Shown: positions 8,043 through 17,554, numbered from the stretch's first letter. The stretch is 64,000 nucleotides of DNA from an uncultured Gammaproteobacteria bacterium (GCA_964360965.1 CAYHYM010000003.1:29-64028); one strand, 5' to 3'. The notes: generated from the letters alone by a model not told the origin. Program-made: numbers and translations.

Positions 8043-10934
8043 GTGAAATTGCTGCCCCTTTTAATTTTTCTATTCACTTTTATTACGCTTCCCTCCCCAA
8101 TCTATGCTGTCACCATTGCTGAGCAAACCCAAAACTTTGGAAATCAGCTAAATGTCTGGCAGGCAATTCAAGAGCTGGGCAGCTTGCTTGATGGCAAGGC
8201 CGGTTCCTTTACTTTCAGGGTACGTACCACTAAGACCAACCTTGAAATGTTTGATTATACTGCTCAAAATACCAAGATTTATGATAAGGACACAAACACC
8301 AAAGTTGCCAACGGCTGCCACACAGGTTCTGCCTCTGATCCTTTGGGTGGCTTGACCTTTACCACAGCCGGGGTACCTGTTGGTTTTGAAGACGTGACAA
8401 TTGATTTTTCATCCTGTAACTCTTACTCCTTCACTCAAGGACATAAATATTTAATTATTATAAGTAATGCCAATATGGCACAATTTGGTGGAAGTTTAAT
8501 CTATTTTGCAGCCGCTGCTTACGGGTCAAGCAGCACTGACCATTTTAATGGTGGGGGTTTAAGGTATGCTTTTGATAATAAATTTTGCAACCCAATCACT
8601 TACCAATGGAATTCTTCAATAAGTAATGCAAATGAAGACCAATGTAATATTTGGACCACACCCAAAGATGACCTTTATTTTATTTTAGCCAACACCTCCC
8701 CTCCTCCCAAAACCCCGGTTATTTTTATACCCGGGATAGGGGGGTCTGAATTTAAAGCAGGGCAGGATATTATCTGGGCAGATCAGGATGATGGACATGG
8801 AGGAAAGTTTTCTCATGCTTATACATCTGGGGAGAAAATTTGGGTCAATGAGGGTAAGGCGGCCGAACTGGGGGAGGATGATTATTTTGATGTATTAAGA
8901 TTAAAATCTGATGGAGTAACTTCTGAGGCTTCTCTAAGTTTAACAGGAGATCTGACTTCTTTTGGTTATGGGGATATTGATTCATTTTTTACCGGATTGG
9001 GGTATGAGAAAGGTAAAAATTTCTTTGTTTTTCCCTATGATTGGAGAAAGGATGTGAGAGTTACCAAAGATAGTTTGGATGCCTTAATTGAGGAGGCAAA
9101 AACCAAATCAGGACAAACTAAGGTTAATCTAGTGGCCCATTCCATGGGAGGCTTGGTAGCCAGATATTATATTGCTGATTCAGGGAGAGCTTCTAAGGTT
9201 AATAAGCTAATTTCTATGGGAGTTCCCCATTTGGGAGCAACAAAAGCTTTGAAAACCCTAATGTATGGAGATGAAATAAAGAAGGATGTATTTGGTATAT
9301 TTGCACTAGGAATCCCATCAAGTGAGGTCAAAGACGTATTCCAAAATCTCCCCAGCGCATTCCAGCTTTTACCTTCCAAAAAATTTTATGATTTCTATGA
9401 CAACTCTGCTCAGAAACCTTTCCCGTTTAGCGACGAAAGAGATATTGACAGTAACAAAGTTACTGGAGCACTAAACTTTATTCAAATCAAAGGATTGCTG
9501 GAAAATTTAATACACAATATGACAGTATTTGACTTTGGAGAACAACTTCATAATTTAGCTGATCCATTACTTAATCAATCTTCAACAGTCAAGTTGTATA
9601 ACATAGCTGGTACCAGCCAACCTACTTTAGGACAAATCAGGGAAACGTGGTTAATACAGTGGCCTATTAATTTAATCTCTATAAGAGACGAGGTCTTTAT
9701 TAACGGAGACAATACAGTGCCGCTCTATAGTGCCTCACTTAAAAGTGATTCTTTAGATTTTTCAGGCAGTGCAACTATTTATTATGTGGAACAAAAACAC
9801 AGTGATCTGGTTTCAAAAGATGGCACAGCTATGCAAACAGTAAAGTCTATTTTAGAAGAATCTGATTTACCTGTTGAGGTTAAATCCGAAAAGATTGATT
9901 TGGAAGGACAGCATGTGTCTTTGGATGATGGGGAATTGGAATTGTATGATGATGAAGGAAAACATACTGGCATAAAAGATGACGGAGAAATTGAAACCAA
10001 TATTCCTGAAACTTTTTATTCAACATCAGGTAAAACTAAACATGCTTTTGTTAAAAAGAAAGCTAAAAAAGTGAAAGTGAGGGCTACTCGAAAAAAGAAA
10101 ACCTCATCAGATCCCAAAACAACCAATCTAAAAATTAGAAGTTATAAACAGGATAAGGTTTCTAAAACCACAATTTATAGAGATGTCTTAATTGCTGAAA
10201 CAGCCAAAGTTGAATTTGATCTGGATCCAGCAATTGATACTTCTCCAACCCTTGCATTATTTCCTGATTCCACCAAATCTGACAGCACAAATATTAATCT
10301 CACTAGTGAGGTATCAGGTGGTCCTGCCTTAGACCAAACATCACCTTCTACAAAGATAGAACTATCAGGAAGTAAAGATTCATTAGGCAAGTTTATATCC
10401 TCTGCCACAGTAACCTTAAGTTCCTCTGATTCTGAATCGGGAATTTTAAAAACAGAATATAGTTTGGATAATGGTAAGACTGTTCAAACGTACAGTAATC
10501 CATTCACTGTCTCAACTCCTGGTAAAACTACTTTACAGGTAAAGTCTATTGATAAATTAGGTAATGAGGAAATACCACAAGAAAAGGTCATAGAGATTGC
10601 TTCATCAACTTCTAGCTCATCTTCTTCCAGCTCATCTGGCAATAACTCATCAAGCACTGCACAATCCACCTCTGAGGAGTCCGTTCCGGTCACCTCCGAG
10701 GTGTTACGAAGTGACTCCTCGGAGGTGGATAGCACAAGCTCATCACAAGATATCCTGGGACTTAGCACCCAAAATCCAGTTTCATCTGCTCAATTAAAAC
10801 CTCTAACTAACAACCAACCTAATCTACTAACAAGCAGTATGTTGATCTTAACAATGTTTATGGCCCAAAGCGGAATAATTCTTTTGTCATCCTTAAGATC
10901 AGTTCTTTCTTTTCTTAAACCAACCCCAAAATAG
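8043..10934 (+). CDS. Large secreted, C-terminally membrane-anchored alpha/beta-hydrolase (lipase/LCAT-like) with Ser-rich low-complexity linker
   Basis: 963 aa, GTG start. Signal peptide MKLLPLLIFLFTFITLPSPIYA, PVIFIPGIGGSEF oxyanion region, nucleophile elbow VAHSMGGLVARYY, Lys-rich segment, poly-Ser stretch and C-terminal hydrophobic anchor LLTSSMLILTMFMAQSGIILLSSL. Confidence 0.6.
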   Translation: MKLLPLLIFLFTFITLPSPIYAVTIAEQTQNFGNQLNVWQAIQELGSLLDGKAGSFTFRVRTTKTNLEMFDYTAQNTKIYDKDTNTKVANGCHTGSASDPLGGLTFTTAGVPVGFEDVTIDFSSCNSYSFTQGHKYLIIISNANMAQFGGSLIYFAAAAYGSSSTDHFNGGGLRYAFDNKFCNPITYQWNSSISNANEDQCNIWTTPKDDLYFILANTSPPPKTPVIFIPGIGGSEFKAGQDIIWADQDDGHGGKFSHAYTSGEKIWVNEGKAAELGEDDYFDVLRLKSDGVTSEASLSLTGDLTSFGYGDIDSFFTGLGYEKGKNFFVFPYDWRKDVRVTKDSLDALIEEAKTKSGQTKVNLVAHSMGGLVARYYIADSGRASKVNKLISMGVPHLGATKALKTLMYGDEIKKDVFGIFALGIPSSEVKDVFQNLPSAFQLLPSKKFYDFYDNSAQKPFPFSDERDIDSNKVTGALNFIQIKGLLENLIHNMTVFDFGEQLHNLADPLLNQSSTVKLYNIAGTSQPTLGQIRETWLIQWPINLISIRDEVFINGDNTVPLYSASLKSDSLDFSGSATIYYVEQKHSDLVSKDGTAMQTVKSILEESDLPVEVKSEKIDLEGQHVSLDDGELELYDDEGKHTGIKDDGEIETNIPETFYSTSGKTKHAFVKKKAKKVKVRATRKKKTSSDPKTTNLKIRSYKQDKVSKTTIYRDVLIAETAKVEFDLDPAIDTSPTLALFPDSTKSDSTNINLTSEVSGGPALDQTSPSTKIELSGSKDSLGKFISSATVTLSSSDSESGILKTEYSLDNGKTVQTYSNPFTVSTPGKTTLQVKSIDKLGNEEIPQEKVIEIASSTSSSSSSSSSGNNSSSTAQSTSEESVPVTSEVLRSDSSEVDSTSSSQDILGLSTQNPVSSAQLKPLTNNQPNLLTSSMLILTMFMAQSGIILLSSLRSVLSFLKPTPK
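10691..10728. repeat. Family-A GC-rich palindromic module (CACCTCCGAGG-N15-CCTCGGAGGTG) inserted in-frame in the Ser-rich region of the lipase-like CDS
   Basis: 11-bp stem, 15-nt loop. Encodes VTSEVLRSDSSEVDS. The same arm sequences recur at 37955, 40767, 49149 and 54015. Confidence 0.6.
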
Positions 10935-11174
10935 ATGGATAATCCAAAACCAGAAAGTAATGTTTATTAGGTATACTAACAATATTTTTATCTTTTCATA
11001 ATGCTGCAAACATAATGCAACTGGGTATCCTGTAACTGTACACGAACTACCTAAAAGCGAGAAACCTTGTGGCCAATAGCTAGAATTAAAAAGTTGTATA
11101 AAATTACTTACCACCCATACCAATATACTTATACCCAAAGTAACAAAAAATCTTTTTTTAGAAAATCCCCACAT
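10899..11174 (-). CDS. Small hypothetical membrane protein (uncertain)
   Basis: 91-aa hydrophobic ORF overlapping the 3' end of the lipase-like gene by 36 nt. No motif support. Confidence 0.25.
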   Translation of the reverse strand: MWGFSKKRFFVTLGISILVWVVSNFIQLFNSSYWPQGFSLLGSSCTVTGYPVALCLQHYEKIKILLVYLINITFWFWIIHLFWGWFKKRKN

Positions 11175-11209
11175 GTATTAAGAATAACATAAACTTAATT
11201 AAAAAATAC

Positions 11210-12139
11210 TTAAGAACCTAATTTCTTAAAGGAGTAATCCAATAGTTCTCTGGCCTCATCCCTTCTGTTTTCAGAGCCCAAAATTACTCCCAAAACCTCC
11301 TGGCCATTTTTACGGGCCAAAGTTATTAAAACCAATCCAGCCTCCGGAGTATAACCTGTTTTAAATCCTAAAACTCCAGGATAAGTGGTAATTAAATTTA
11401 TCCCTGAGTACATATCATAATCCTGATGCTGGGGAGTCCCTTCAATAAAAATATGTTCAGTTTTTGAGATTTCCACCAAAACCGGATAATTCCTGATGGC
11501 ATATCTTGCCAAAATGGCCATATCATAGGCTGTTGAGTATGAATTTTGGCCGTCCTCATCCAGCCCTGTGGGATTAACAATATGCGTATTTTTCATCCCC
11601 AATTGCAAAGTCTTATCATTCATCAGTTTGATAAATTCCTTCAGATCTCCTGTTGTACCTTGGGCTAAAACCTCTGCCGCATCGTTGGCTGAAATTAAAA
11701 ATATGCCATATAAAAGTTCTTTTAAAGTTAATCTTTCTCCTGGAATTAAAAGCATCTTGTCAGGTTCCATATCAGCTGCTCTTTGAGAAACCACATACTG
11801 ATCATCCAAGCTTTTATGTTCCAAAGCAATCAAAGCTGTCATGACTTTGACCAAAGATGCAATTGGTAATTTTTCATGAGCATTTTTATCATAAAGCACC
11901 TGACCAGTTTTAGTGTCCACCAAAAAGGCCGCTTTGGCTGTGATTTGCGGAGCATTAATTTGCACCCCTAAAGTATTTTGAGGAAACCACAAATTTATTC
12001 CCAAACTTTTACCACTTTTTAAAACAGGGGCTATTAGTGTACCATCACCTTCTTGCCTAAAAGAAATAATAAAAAGAACCGTCAAGGCAATTGTTAAGAT
12101 ACCAATTAAAAAGGTGTAGCCTAACTTGCCTCTTGACAT
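11210..12139 (-). CDS. D-alanyl-D-alanine carboxypeptidase (peptidase S11, PBP5-like)
   Basis: SxxK (ASLVKVMTA), SxN (LISANDAA), KTG (KTGYT). N-terminal TM anchor. Confidence 0.85.
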   Translation of the reverse strand: MSRGKLGYTFLIGILTIALTVLFIISFRQEGDGTLIAPVLKSGKSLGINLWFPQNTLGVQINAPQITAKAAFLVDTKTGQVLYDKNAHEKLPIASLVKVMTALIALEHKSLDDQYVVSQRAADMEPDKMLLIPGERLTLKELLYGIFLISANDAAEVLAQGTTGDLKEFIKLMNDKTLQLGMKNTHIVNPTGLDEDGQNSYSTAYDMAILARYAIRNYPVLVEISKTEHIFIEGTPQHQDYDMYSGINLITTYPGVLGFKTGYTPEAGLVLITLARKNGQEVLGVILGSENRRDEARELLDYSFKKLGS

Positions 12140-12168
12140 AATATTAAATATTACTACACACTGAAATT

Positions 12169-12873
12169 ATGCTCCATCGTTTTCTGCCTCTTACCGCAGT
12201 CTTATTTTTAATAAGCCTTATCGCTTTTAATTTTCCAACTGTTAAGAGGGATCTATCATATAAGTTAAATCTGGATAATGATCCTACCACCTCCTGTTGC
12301 AAGCTGAATCAGATATCCAAAACCGGTGAATTTGATGAAAATGCCTCTTTGGCTGTCTTTAACAACCAATCCATTGATTATCCTAAAACTTCCCTTGCTT
12401 ATGGCAGTATACCTTATGAGTACAACCCCAATGTTTTGGGTACCACCAATGCAGCCGGGGAGGAGAAATGGATTGAGGTATCTTTAGATGACCAAAAAGT
12501 CAGAGCCTGGGAGGGGAATAAAATGATAATTGAATTTCCTATCTCATCCGGTAAATGGGCTCCCACCCCCAAGGGAGATTTTAGAATCTGGTATAAAACC
12601 AGGAATCAAAAAATGGAGGGAGGGTCAAAAGAACTGGGAACCTATTATAATCTACCCAATGTGCCGCACAGCATGTTTTTTTATCAAGCATATGCTCTAC
12701 ATGGAGCTTATTGGCATAACAACTTTGGCCAACCAATGAGCCACGGCTGTGTTAATGCTCCTTTGGCCAATGCGGCCGAAATTTTTGAATGGGCAGGACC
12801 GGTACTGCCACCGGGAGTAAATGCACTGCGAGCTTCTGCTGATAACCCCGGCACCCGAGTCTTTGTACATTAG
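12169..12873 (+). CDS. L,D-transpeptidase (YkuD domain)
   Basis: 234 aa, N-terminal TM. Catalytic HGAYWHNNFGQPMSHGCVNAP (H...SHGC) motif. Confidence 0.75.
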   Translation: MLHRFLPLTAVLFLISLIAFNFPTVKRDLSYKLNLDNDPTTSCCKLNQISKTGEFDENASLAVFNNQSIDYPKTSLAYGSIPYEYNPNVLGTTNAAGEEKWIEVSLDDQKVRAWEGNKMIIEFPISSGKWAPTPKGDFRIWYKTRNQKMEGGSKELGTYYNLPNVPHSMFFYQAYALHGAYWHNNFGQPMSHGCVNAPLANAAEIFEWAGPVLPPGVNALRASADNPGTRVFVH

Positions 12874-13139
12874 GATATATCCCTGTGGGTGGTGTACATA
12901 AAGGCTGCATCTTTGTTTAGATGTTTTAGTTCCTCCCCAACTTTTCTGAAAATTTGATCACTAGTCATTTCCTCTTTCCCCTCCAGCCACTTTTTCACTT
13001 CCTTTATCACAAGATTTGCCGTTACTGCTGCCTCCTCTTTATCAATATTGGCAGATAAACAGGCAGCATAAACAGAAGCATACAATTTACGCTCATCAAA
13101 TTTTTGTTTATGCCCCTTACGTTTGACAATATGTGTCAT
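12870..13139 (-). CDS. Stand-alone ATP-cone domain protein
   Basis: 89 aa. IVKRKGHKQKFDERKLYASV...DAAFMYTTHRD matches the ATP-cone profile (ViKRdGr.e.Fd..KI......aYi.YR). Confidence 0.6.
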   Translation of the reverse strand: MTHIVKRKGHKQKFDERKLYASVYAACLSANIDKEEAAVTANLVIKEVKKWLEGKEEMTSDQIFRKVGEELKHLNKDAAFMYTTHRDIS

Positions 13140-13157
13140 GTTTTTCCAGGTGTCTTA

Positions 13158-13862
13158 CTATCCAAAATTAATCGTACCATTGGCAATCAGAATCAACAAC
13201 CATCCCAAGCCTACCAAAAGCAGTCCTATGGCAAGTCTCATTAAACCTCTTGATTCCTGTTTCCAACTCTTAACAGCAGGCAATTTGGTACCCCCGGCAA
13301 CCATCAGTAAAATTACAACAAGTGGCAAAACAAACACTATGTTGTATAAAACCAGCATTAGAAAAGCCATGAAATTAAAATTTGTAGATAAAATTGTGAT
13401 AATTGCCAAATAGGGCGCGCCTGTACAAGGCAGTTCCACCCCTGCCACAAAAGCCCCGGTTAAAATTACCCCAGGCACGGTGACATTTTTGGCCAAATCA
13501 TGAATTTTTTTGACAAAATATACAGGAATCCCTAAAGAAAAACCCCTGCCGTACCAAAAGTAATCTTTGACCTCCACCAAACCTAAAAGAACAATTATTG
13601 TCCCCACAGCAATGGAGATGTATTCAGTTACAAGCAAAGGGATGGATCCCAAGAAAAATAGCAAACCCAGCCCTGCCAGAAGGTAAGTCACAAAAATAGA
13701 AAAAATATAAAGCCCGCCCAAATAAAGCATTCTGCCCACGGATTTATGACCACCCAAAATCACAGAAATCATCAGTATTAAAACCCCAATAGCGCAAGGG
13801 TTTATGGAATCAATGGCAGCAGAGCCAAGAACCAGTCCTAATGTTGGTAAATGAATATCCAT
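13158..13862 (-). CDS. DsbD/CcdA-family thiol:disulfide-transfer membrane protein
   Basis: 234 aa polytopic. Conserved Cys in TM segments DSINPCAIGVL and VELPCTGAPYL (DsbD_2-like). Confidence 0.5.
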   Translation of the reverse strand: MDIHLPTLGLVLGSAAIDSINPCAIGVLILMISVILGGHKSVGRMLYLGGLYIFSIFVTYLLAGLGLLFFLGSIPLLVTEYISIAVGTIIVLLGLVEVKDYFWYGRGFSLGIPVYFVKKIHDLAKNVTVPGVILTGAFVAGVELPCTGAPYLAIITILSTNFNFMAFLMLVLYNIVFVLPLVVILLMVAGGTKLPAVKSWKQESRGLMRLAIGLLLVGLGWLLILIANGTINFG

Positions 13863-13868
13863 ATTATG

Positions 13869-14507
13869 TCATTCTGAGCGCAGCGAAGAATCTAACTTTT
13901 CTATTAGTTCCCCCTTCTCCACTGACACCTGGTAAAAATTACAAAGCTTATTAGTTTTTTCTTTAGGTTTATCTAGTTCAATAATGATACAATCCCCGGG
14001 TGGAACTTGTGGATGAGGTGAGAGTATATGGGAAGCAGGATCAGCTAATTTTTTCTGATGAAAATTACTGCCAGAAGTTTGATATACAAAAACCTGTAAC
14101 TCCCCTGGTAAACCATTACATATCACACCACTTTCTAAACTAACCACTCCATTATTAGTAGGCGCAACCAATGAACTTGCAGTCATTCTTCCACCTATCA
14201 CTTTAAAAAATTCACCCAAACTAATATCTTTATACTCTATCACCGGTCCCTCAACATGAATCCTATTATCATTATGCTCATGTAGAATTGGTGTGCCAAT
14301 TTTGTTAGATAATCCCTTGGGGTCTATTAAGTCCACTTTGTTTCCGCAGTTCCAAATTCCAAAATCAGCATGCCAGTGAACAGGACCACCAGTAACAGAG
14401 GTTTGGTTTGTGGAGATGGTTGACCAAACAAGATAAGCTGTAATTCCCAAAACCAGCAAAACAATTGTAAGAAATAAAAAATATTTTAAAATTTCTCTTT
14501 TTTCCAT
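13869..14507 (-). CDS. Exported or membrane-anchored hypothetical protein with His-rich motifs and 4 Cys
   Basis: The track ORF extends to 14576. The probable start is the internal MEKREILKYFLFLTIVLLVLG (signal anchor). Motifs HWHADF and HEHNDNRIH. It is divergent from the P-type ATPase gene. Confidence 0.4.
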   Translation of the reverse strand: MEKREILKYFLFLTIVLLVLGITAYLVWSTISTNQTSVTGGPVHWHADFGIWNCGNKVDLIDPKGLSNKIGTPILHEHNDNRIHVEGPVIEYKDISLGEFFKVIGGRMTASSLVAPTNNGVVSLESGVICNGLPGELQVFVYQTSGSNFHQKKLADPASHILSPHPQVPPGDCIIIELDKPKEKTNKLCNFYQVSVEKGELIEKLDSSLRSE

Positions 14508-14557
14508 CCATTTTCCACTATACCATCCAGTACTTATGTAATACAATTTAATTTGTA

Positions 14558-17161
14558 GTGGAAAAGGCATATACAAAAACCGCTGAGCAAGTTATTAAAG
14601 ATCTAAAAACTGATCTTAAAGACGGGCTGACATCAGCCCAAGCCCAAAAAAGATTAGCACAATATGGCCCAAATGTCTTAAAAGAAGAGATCGGTAAAAA
14701 TCCTTTGCTGATTTTATTTTCCCAGTTCAGAAGCTTTTTGGTGATTATTTTAATAGTTGCCTCCATCATCTCATATCTGTTGGGTCATAGCCTTGACGCC
14801 TTGATGATTTTGGCCATTGTCGCAATTAATGCTGTCTTAGGCTTTATTCAAGAATATCGGGCAGAGGAATCCATCAAACATCTGAAAAAACTGGTCACTG
14901 CCAATGTCCAGGTGATCAGAGATGGCCGGTTAGTAGAGATTCCCCACTTTCAACTGGTACCAGGAGATTTGGTAATTGTAAGTGACGGCCAAAAAGTCCC
15001 GGCTGATTTAAGAGTAACACAATCCATCTATCTGCACCTTAATGAAGCACCACTGACCGGAGAATCAATTCCTGTCACCAAAGTAACAGACAGCTTACCC
15101 CCCAACACCAACATAGCTGATCAAAAAAATATGCTTTTTGCAGGCACCTCAGTCTCTTCTGGCAAGGGTATGGGGATAGTTGTATCAACAGCTATGAAAA
15201 CAGAAATTGGCCAAATTGCCCATCTGGTATCACAAGAGGTGGAACCAGAAACCCCCCTCAAACAAAAGCTGGATCGTTTGGGCAAACTTTTGGGCAGAAT
15301 TGTTTTAATCGTCGCCTCCTTAATTGCCCTGGAACAAATAATATTGGGTGAACCAGTTATTGAAGCTCTCATCTCATCAGTGGCCTTGGCAGTAGCAGCC
15401 ATACCAGAAGGCTTGCCTGCCATTGTCACCATCTCTTTGGCTTTGGGCACCAAAAGGCTTCTTAAACAACGTGCCTTAATCAGAAATTTGCCTGCCTCAG
15501 AAACCTTAGGATCAACAGAGGTAATATGTGTAGACAAAACTGGCACCCTAACAGAAGGAGAAATGTCTGTGAGAGAGATTTACGGCGCAAATATTCAAAA
15601 AATTCTCACTGTGGGGATACTTTCAAGCAATGCCAGAAAAAATAAAGACAGAATTATTGGAGATGCCACTGAGGCAGCTTTAATACAAAAGGCCATAGAT
15701 TCAGGACTGGATCAGGATCAATTGGATAAAAAATTTCCTCGAGTACAAGAAATACCCTTTTCTTCAGACAGAAAAATGATGACCACCATCTGCAAAGAGG
15801 ATAATCAATACCGGGTGACCAGCAAAGGTGCAACCGAAGTCATCTTGGACAAATGTTCACATATTGAGGAGAATGGCCAGGTTATACCATTAACTGAGGA
15901 GAAAAAAGAACAGATTTTAAAAGTTAATGACCAAATGGCCCAAGATGCCTTGAGGATTTTGGCTTTTGCCGAGAAGCGCATACACCTTGCAGGTGAAGAA
16001 AATGCAGTTACACCTGCGAGGTGGAAAGAAGAAGAGATAGAAAAAGATCTGATCTTTCTAGGCCTTCAGGGAATGATGGATCCACCAAGGGAAGGTGTTA
16101 AAGAGGCTATTGAGGTTTGTCAAAGAAAAGCAGGAATTAAAGTAATAATGATCACCGGAGATCACCTGTTAACTGCCCAATCCATTGCCAAAGAAATTGG
16201 TATCAAGGGGGAGAGCATCAGCGGTCAAGAGCTTGACAATCTTTCTGAAGAAGAATTTGTCAAAAAAGTTCAGGAAATTAACATCTATGCCAGGGTCAGC
16301 CCCACTCATAAAATTAGGATCATCAAGGCCCTAAAAGCCCGCGGTCATCAGGTGGCCATGACAGGTGATGGGGTCAATGATGCTCCGGCCTTAAAGGCTG
16401 CTGATACTGGGGTGGCCATGGGGGTTACGGGCACCGACGTGGCCAAAGATGCCTCAGATATAATTTTACTGGATGATAATTTCACCACCATTGTGCAAGC
16501 CATAAAAGAAGGAAGGACAATTTTTGACAACATCAGAAAATTTGTTAATTACCTGTTATCTTCAAACATTATGGAAATAATGGTGATATCTTTGGCTGTA
16601 ATTTTGGGTGGGGGACATTTGCCGCTTTTACCTATTCATCTTTTATGGATCAATCTGGTCACTGATGGGCTGCCGGCCCTGGCTTTGGGAGTTGATCCGC
16701 CCAGAGCAGACATCATGAGTTTACCGCCCCAAAATTTTAGGCAGCAGATATTGGGTGGTAGATCTTTAGGGCCTTTAACTGCCGTCAGTGTACTTTTAAC
16801 CATAGCTATCCTTGCTATTTTCTTTATCTATCAAAAAGATCCAATTTATGAACAAACCATGGTTTTTACATCCATTGTCTTTTATGAAATGTTAAGAATT
16901 ATTGCCATAAGGTCTGAATATAAACTGCCGTTTTTCTCAAATAAATTCTTAATCCTTGCTATAGCTGGATCATTAGCACTGCATCTTGTGATTCTTTATC
17001 TACCATTCTCTTTTGCAGGAGTAACATTGCAAGAATTATTTAAAGTTCAGCCGTTAAATCTTTTTGACTGGGTACTACTGCTTGGAATTGGCATCTTCCT
17101 TCTATTTATCATGAGAATCTTGGTCATTACACCTGTATTTAATTTTTTAAAAAAGCCTTGA
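14558..17161 (+). CDS. P-type cation-transporting ATPase, type IIA (Ca2+/SERCA-like)
   Basis: 867 aa. DKTGTLT, PEGLPA, TGDGVNDAPAL, 10 TM segments. Carries an in-frame palindromic insertion at 15983..16023. Confidence 0.9.
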   Translation: MEKAYTKTAEQVIKDLKTDLKDGLTSAQAQKRLAQYGPNVLKEEIGKNPLLILFSQFRSFLVIILIVASIISYLLGHSLDALMILAIVAINAVLGFIQEYRAEESIKHLKKLVTANVQVIRDGRLVEIPHFQLVPGDLVIVSDGQKVPADLRVTQSIYLHLNEAPLTGESIPVTKVTDSLPPNTNIADQKNMLFAGTSVSSGKGMGIVVSTAMKTEIGQIAHLVSQEVEPETPLKQKLDRLGKLLGRIVLIVASLIALEQIILGEPVIEALISSVALAVAAIPEGLPAIVTISLALGTKRLLKQRALIRNLPASETLGSTEVICVDKTGTLTEGEMSVREIYGANIQKILTVGILSSNARKNKDRIIGDATEAALIQKAIDSGLDQDQLDKKFPRVQEIPFSSDRKMMTTICKEDNQYRVTSKGATEVILDKCSHIEENGQVIPLTEEKKEQILKVNDQMAQDALRILAFAEKRIHLAGEENAVTPARWKEEEIEKDLIFLGLQGMMDPPREGVKEAIEVCQRKAGIKVIMITGDHLLTAQSIAKEIGIKGESISGQELDNLSEEEFVKKVQEINIYARVSPTHKIRIIKALKARGHQVAMTGDGVNDAPALKAADTGVAMGVTGTDVAKDASDIILLDDNFTTIVQAIKEGRTIFDNIRKFVNYLLSSNIMEIMVISLAVILGGGHLPLLPIHLLWINLVTDGLPALALGVDPPRADIMSLPPQNFRQQILGGRSLGPLTAVSVLLTIAILAIFFIYQKDPIYEQTMVFTSIVFYEMLRIIAIRSEYKLPFFSNKFLILAIAGSLALHLVILYLPFSFAGVTLQELFKVQPLNLFDWVLLLGIGIFLLFIMRILVITPVFNFLKKP
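15983..16023. repeat. Family-B 41-bp hairpin module (CACCTYGCAGGTG-AAGAAAATGCAGTTA-CACCTGCGAGGTG) inserted in-frame in the P-type ATPase CDS
   Basis: 13-bp perfect stem with 15-nt loop. 35 nt are identical to the intergenic copy at 40403..40443. Encodes RIHLAGEENAVTPARW in the cytoplasmic domain. Confidence 0.7.
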
Positions 17162-17197
17162 CAGATTTAATTAAATTTATTTATTATGAAATACAAT

Positions 17198-17332
17198 ATG
17201 GCCCAAAAAAGATGTGTTAAGTGCGGCAAAGTTATCAAACTTGGGCAAAAGTATACCCATCAAGGAGAGGTTTATTGTTGTGAAAATTGTTGCAAGATCA
17301 AGAATACTCCTGGAGTTTGTGAATTTTGCTAG
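17198..17332 (+). CDS. 44-aa Cys-rich TRASH/YHS-like metal-binding mini-protein
   Basis: MAQKRCVKCGKVIKLGQKYTHQGEVYCCENCCKIKNTPGVCEFC. C-x2-C-x17-C-x3-C fits the TRASH/YHS pattern (CxxC-x19-22-CxxxC), plus an extra C-terminal CxxC. Promoter-like TTGACA(17158)-18-TATTAT(17182) gives a nearly leaderless transcript. Not in the ORF track (<60 aa). Confidence 0.5.
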   Translation: MAQKRCVKCGKVIKLGQKYTHQGEVYCCENCCKIKNTPGVCEFC

Positions 17333-17544
17333 GATTTTTTAAACCATCGCCTCATTAACCCCTTGAACTTATCATGGTCAACTATTAATTCAGAAAATAC
17401 AGCAAAAGGTAATGCCACAAAAAAGGCAATCCAAAATATCCTAAAATCGATTGGTTCCCCAGTAACCAAAAAAATGGCAATTAAATCCTCTATTACCCCT
17501 AAAGCAAGTCCCACTATAAAGAATTCTAGGAATCTATTTAACAT
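17329..17544 (-). CDS. Small 2-TM hypothetical membrane protein
   Basis: 71 aa, hydrophobic, tandem with the next membrane ORF. Confidence 0.35.
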   Translation of the reverse strand: MLNRFLEFFIVGLALGVIEDLIAIFLVTGEPIDFRIFWIAFFVALPFAVFSELIVDHDKFKGLMRRWFKKS

Positions 17545-17554
17545 AATTTTAAGA

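Noticed and set aside
10899-11174. 91-aa hydrophobic ORF as a confident gene
   Set aside because: It overlaps the 3' end of the large lipase-like gene by 36 nt on the opposite strand and has no motif or RBS support. It is kept only as a low-confidence feature.
13869-13894. GTCATTCTGAGCGCAGCGAAGAATCT as an additional GIY-YIG-type terminal hairpin
   Set aside because: It shares the GTCATTC...GAATC frame, but the interior does not form a clean stem. It is also ordinary coding sequence for the C-terminus (...DSSLRSE) of the exported protein. It is mentioned only as a weak possible footprint.
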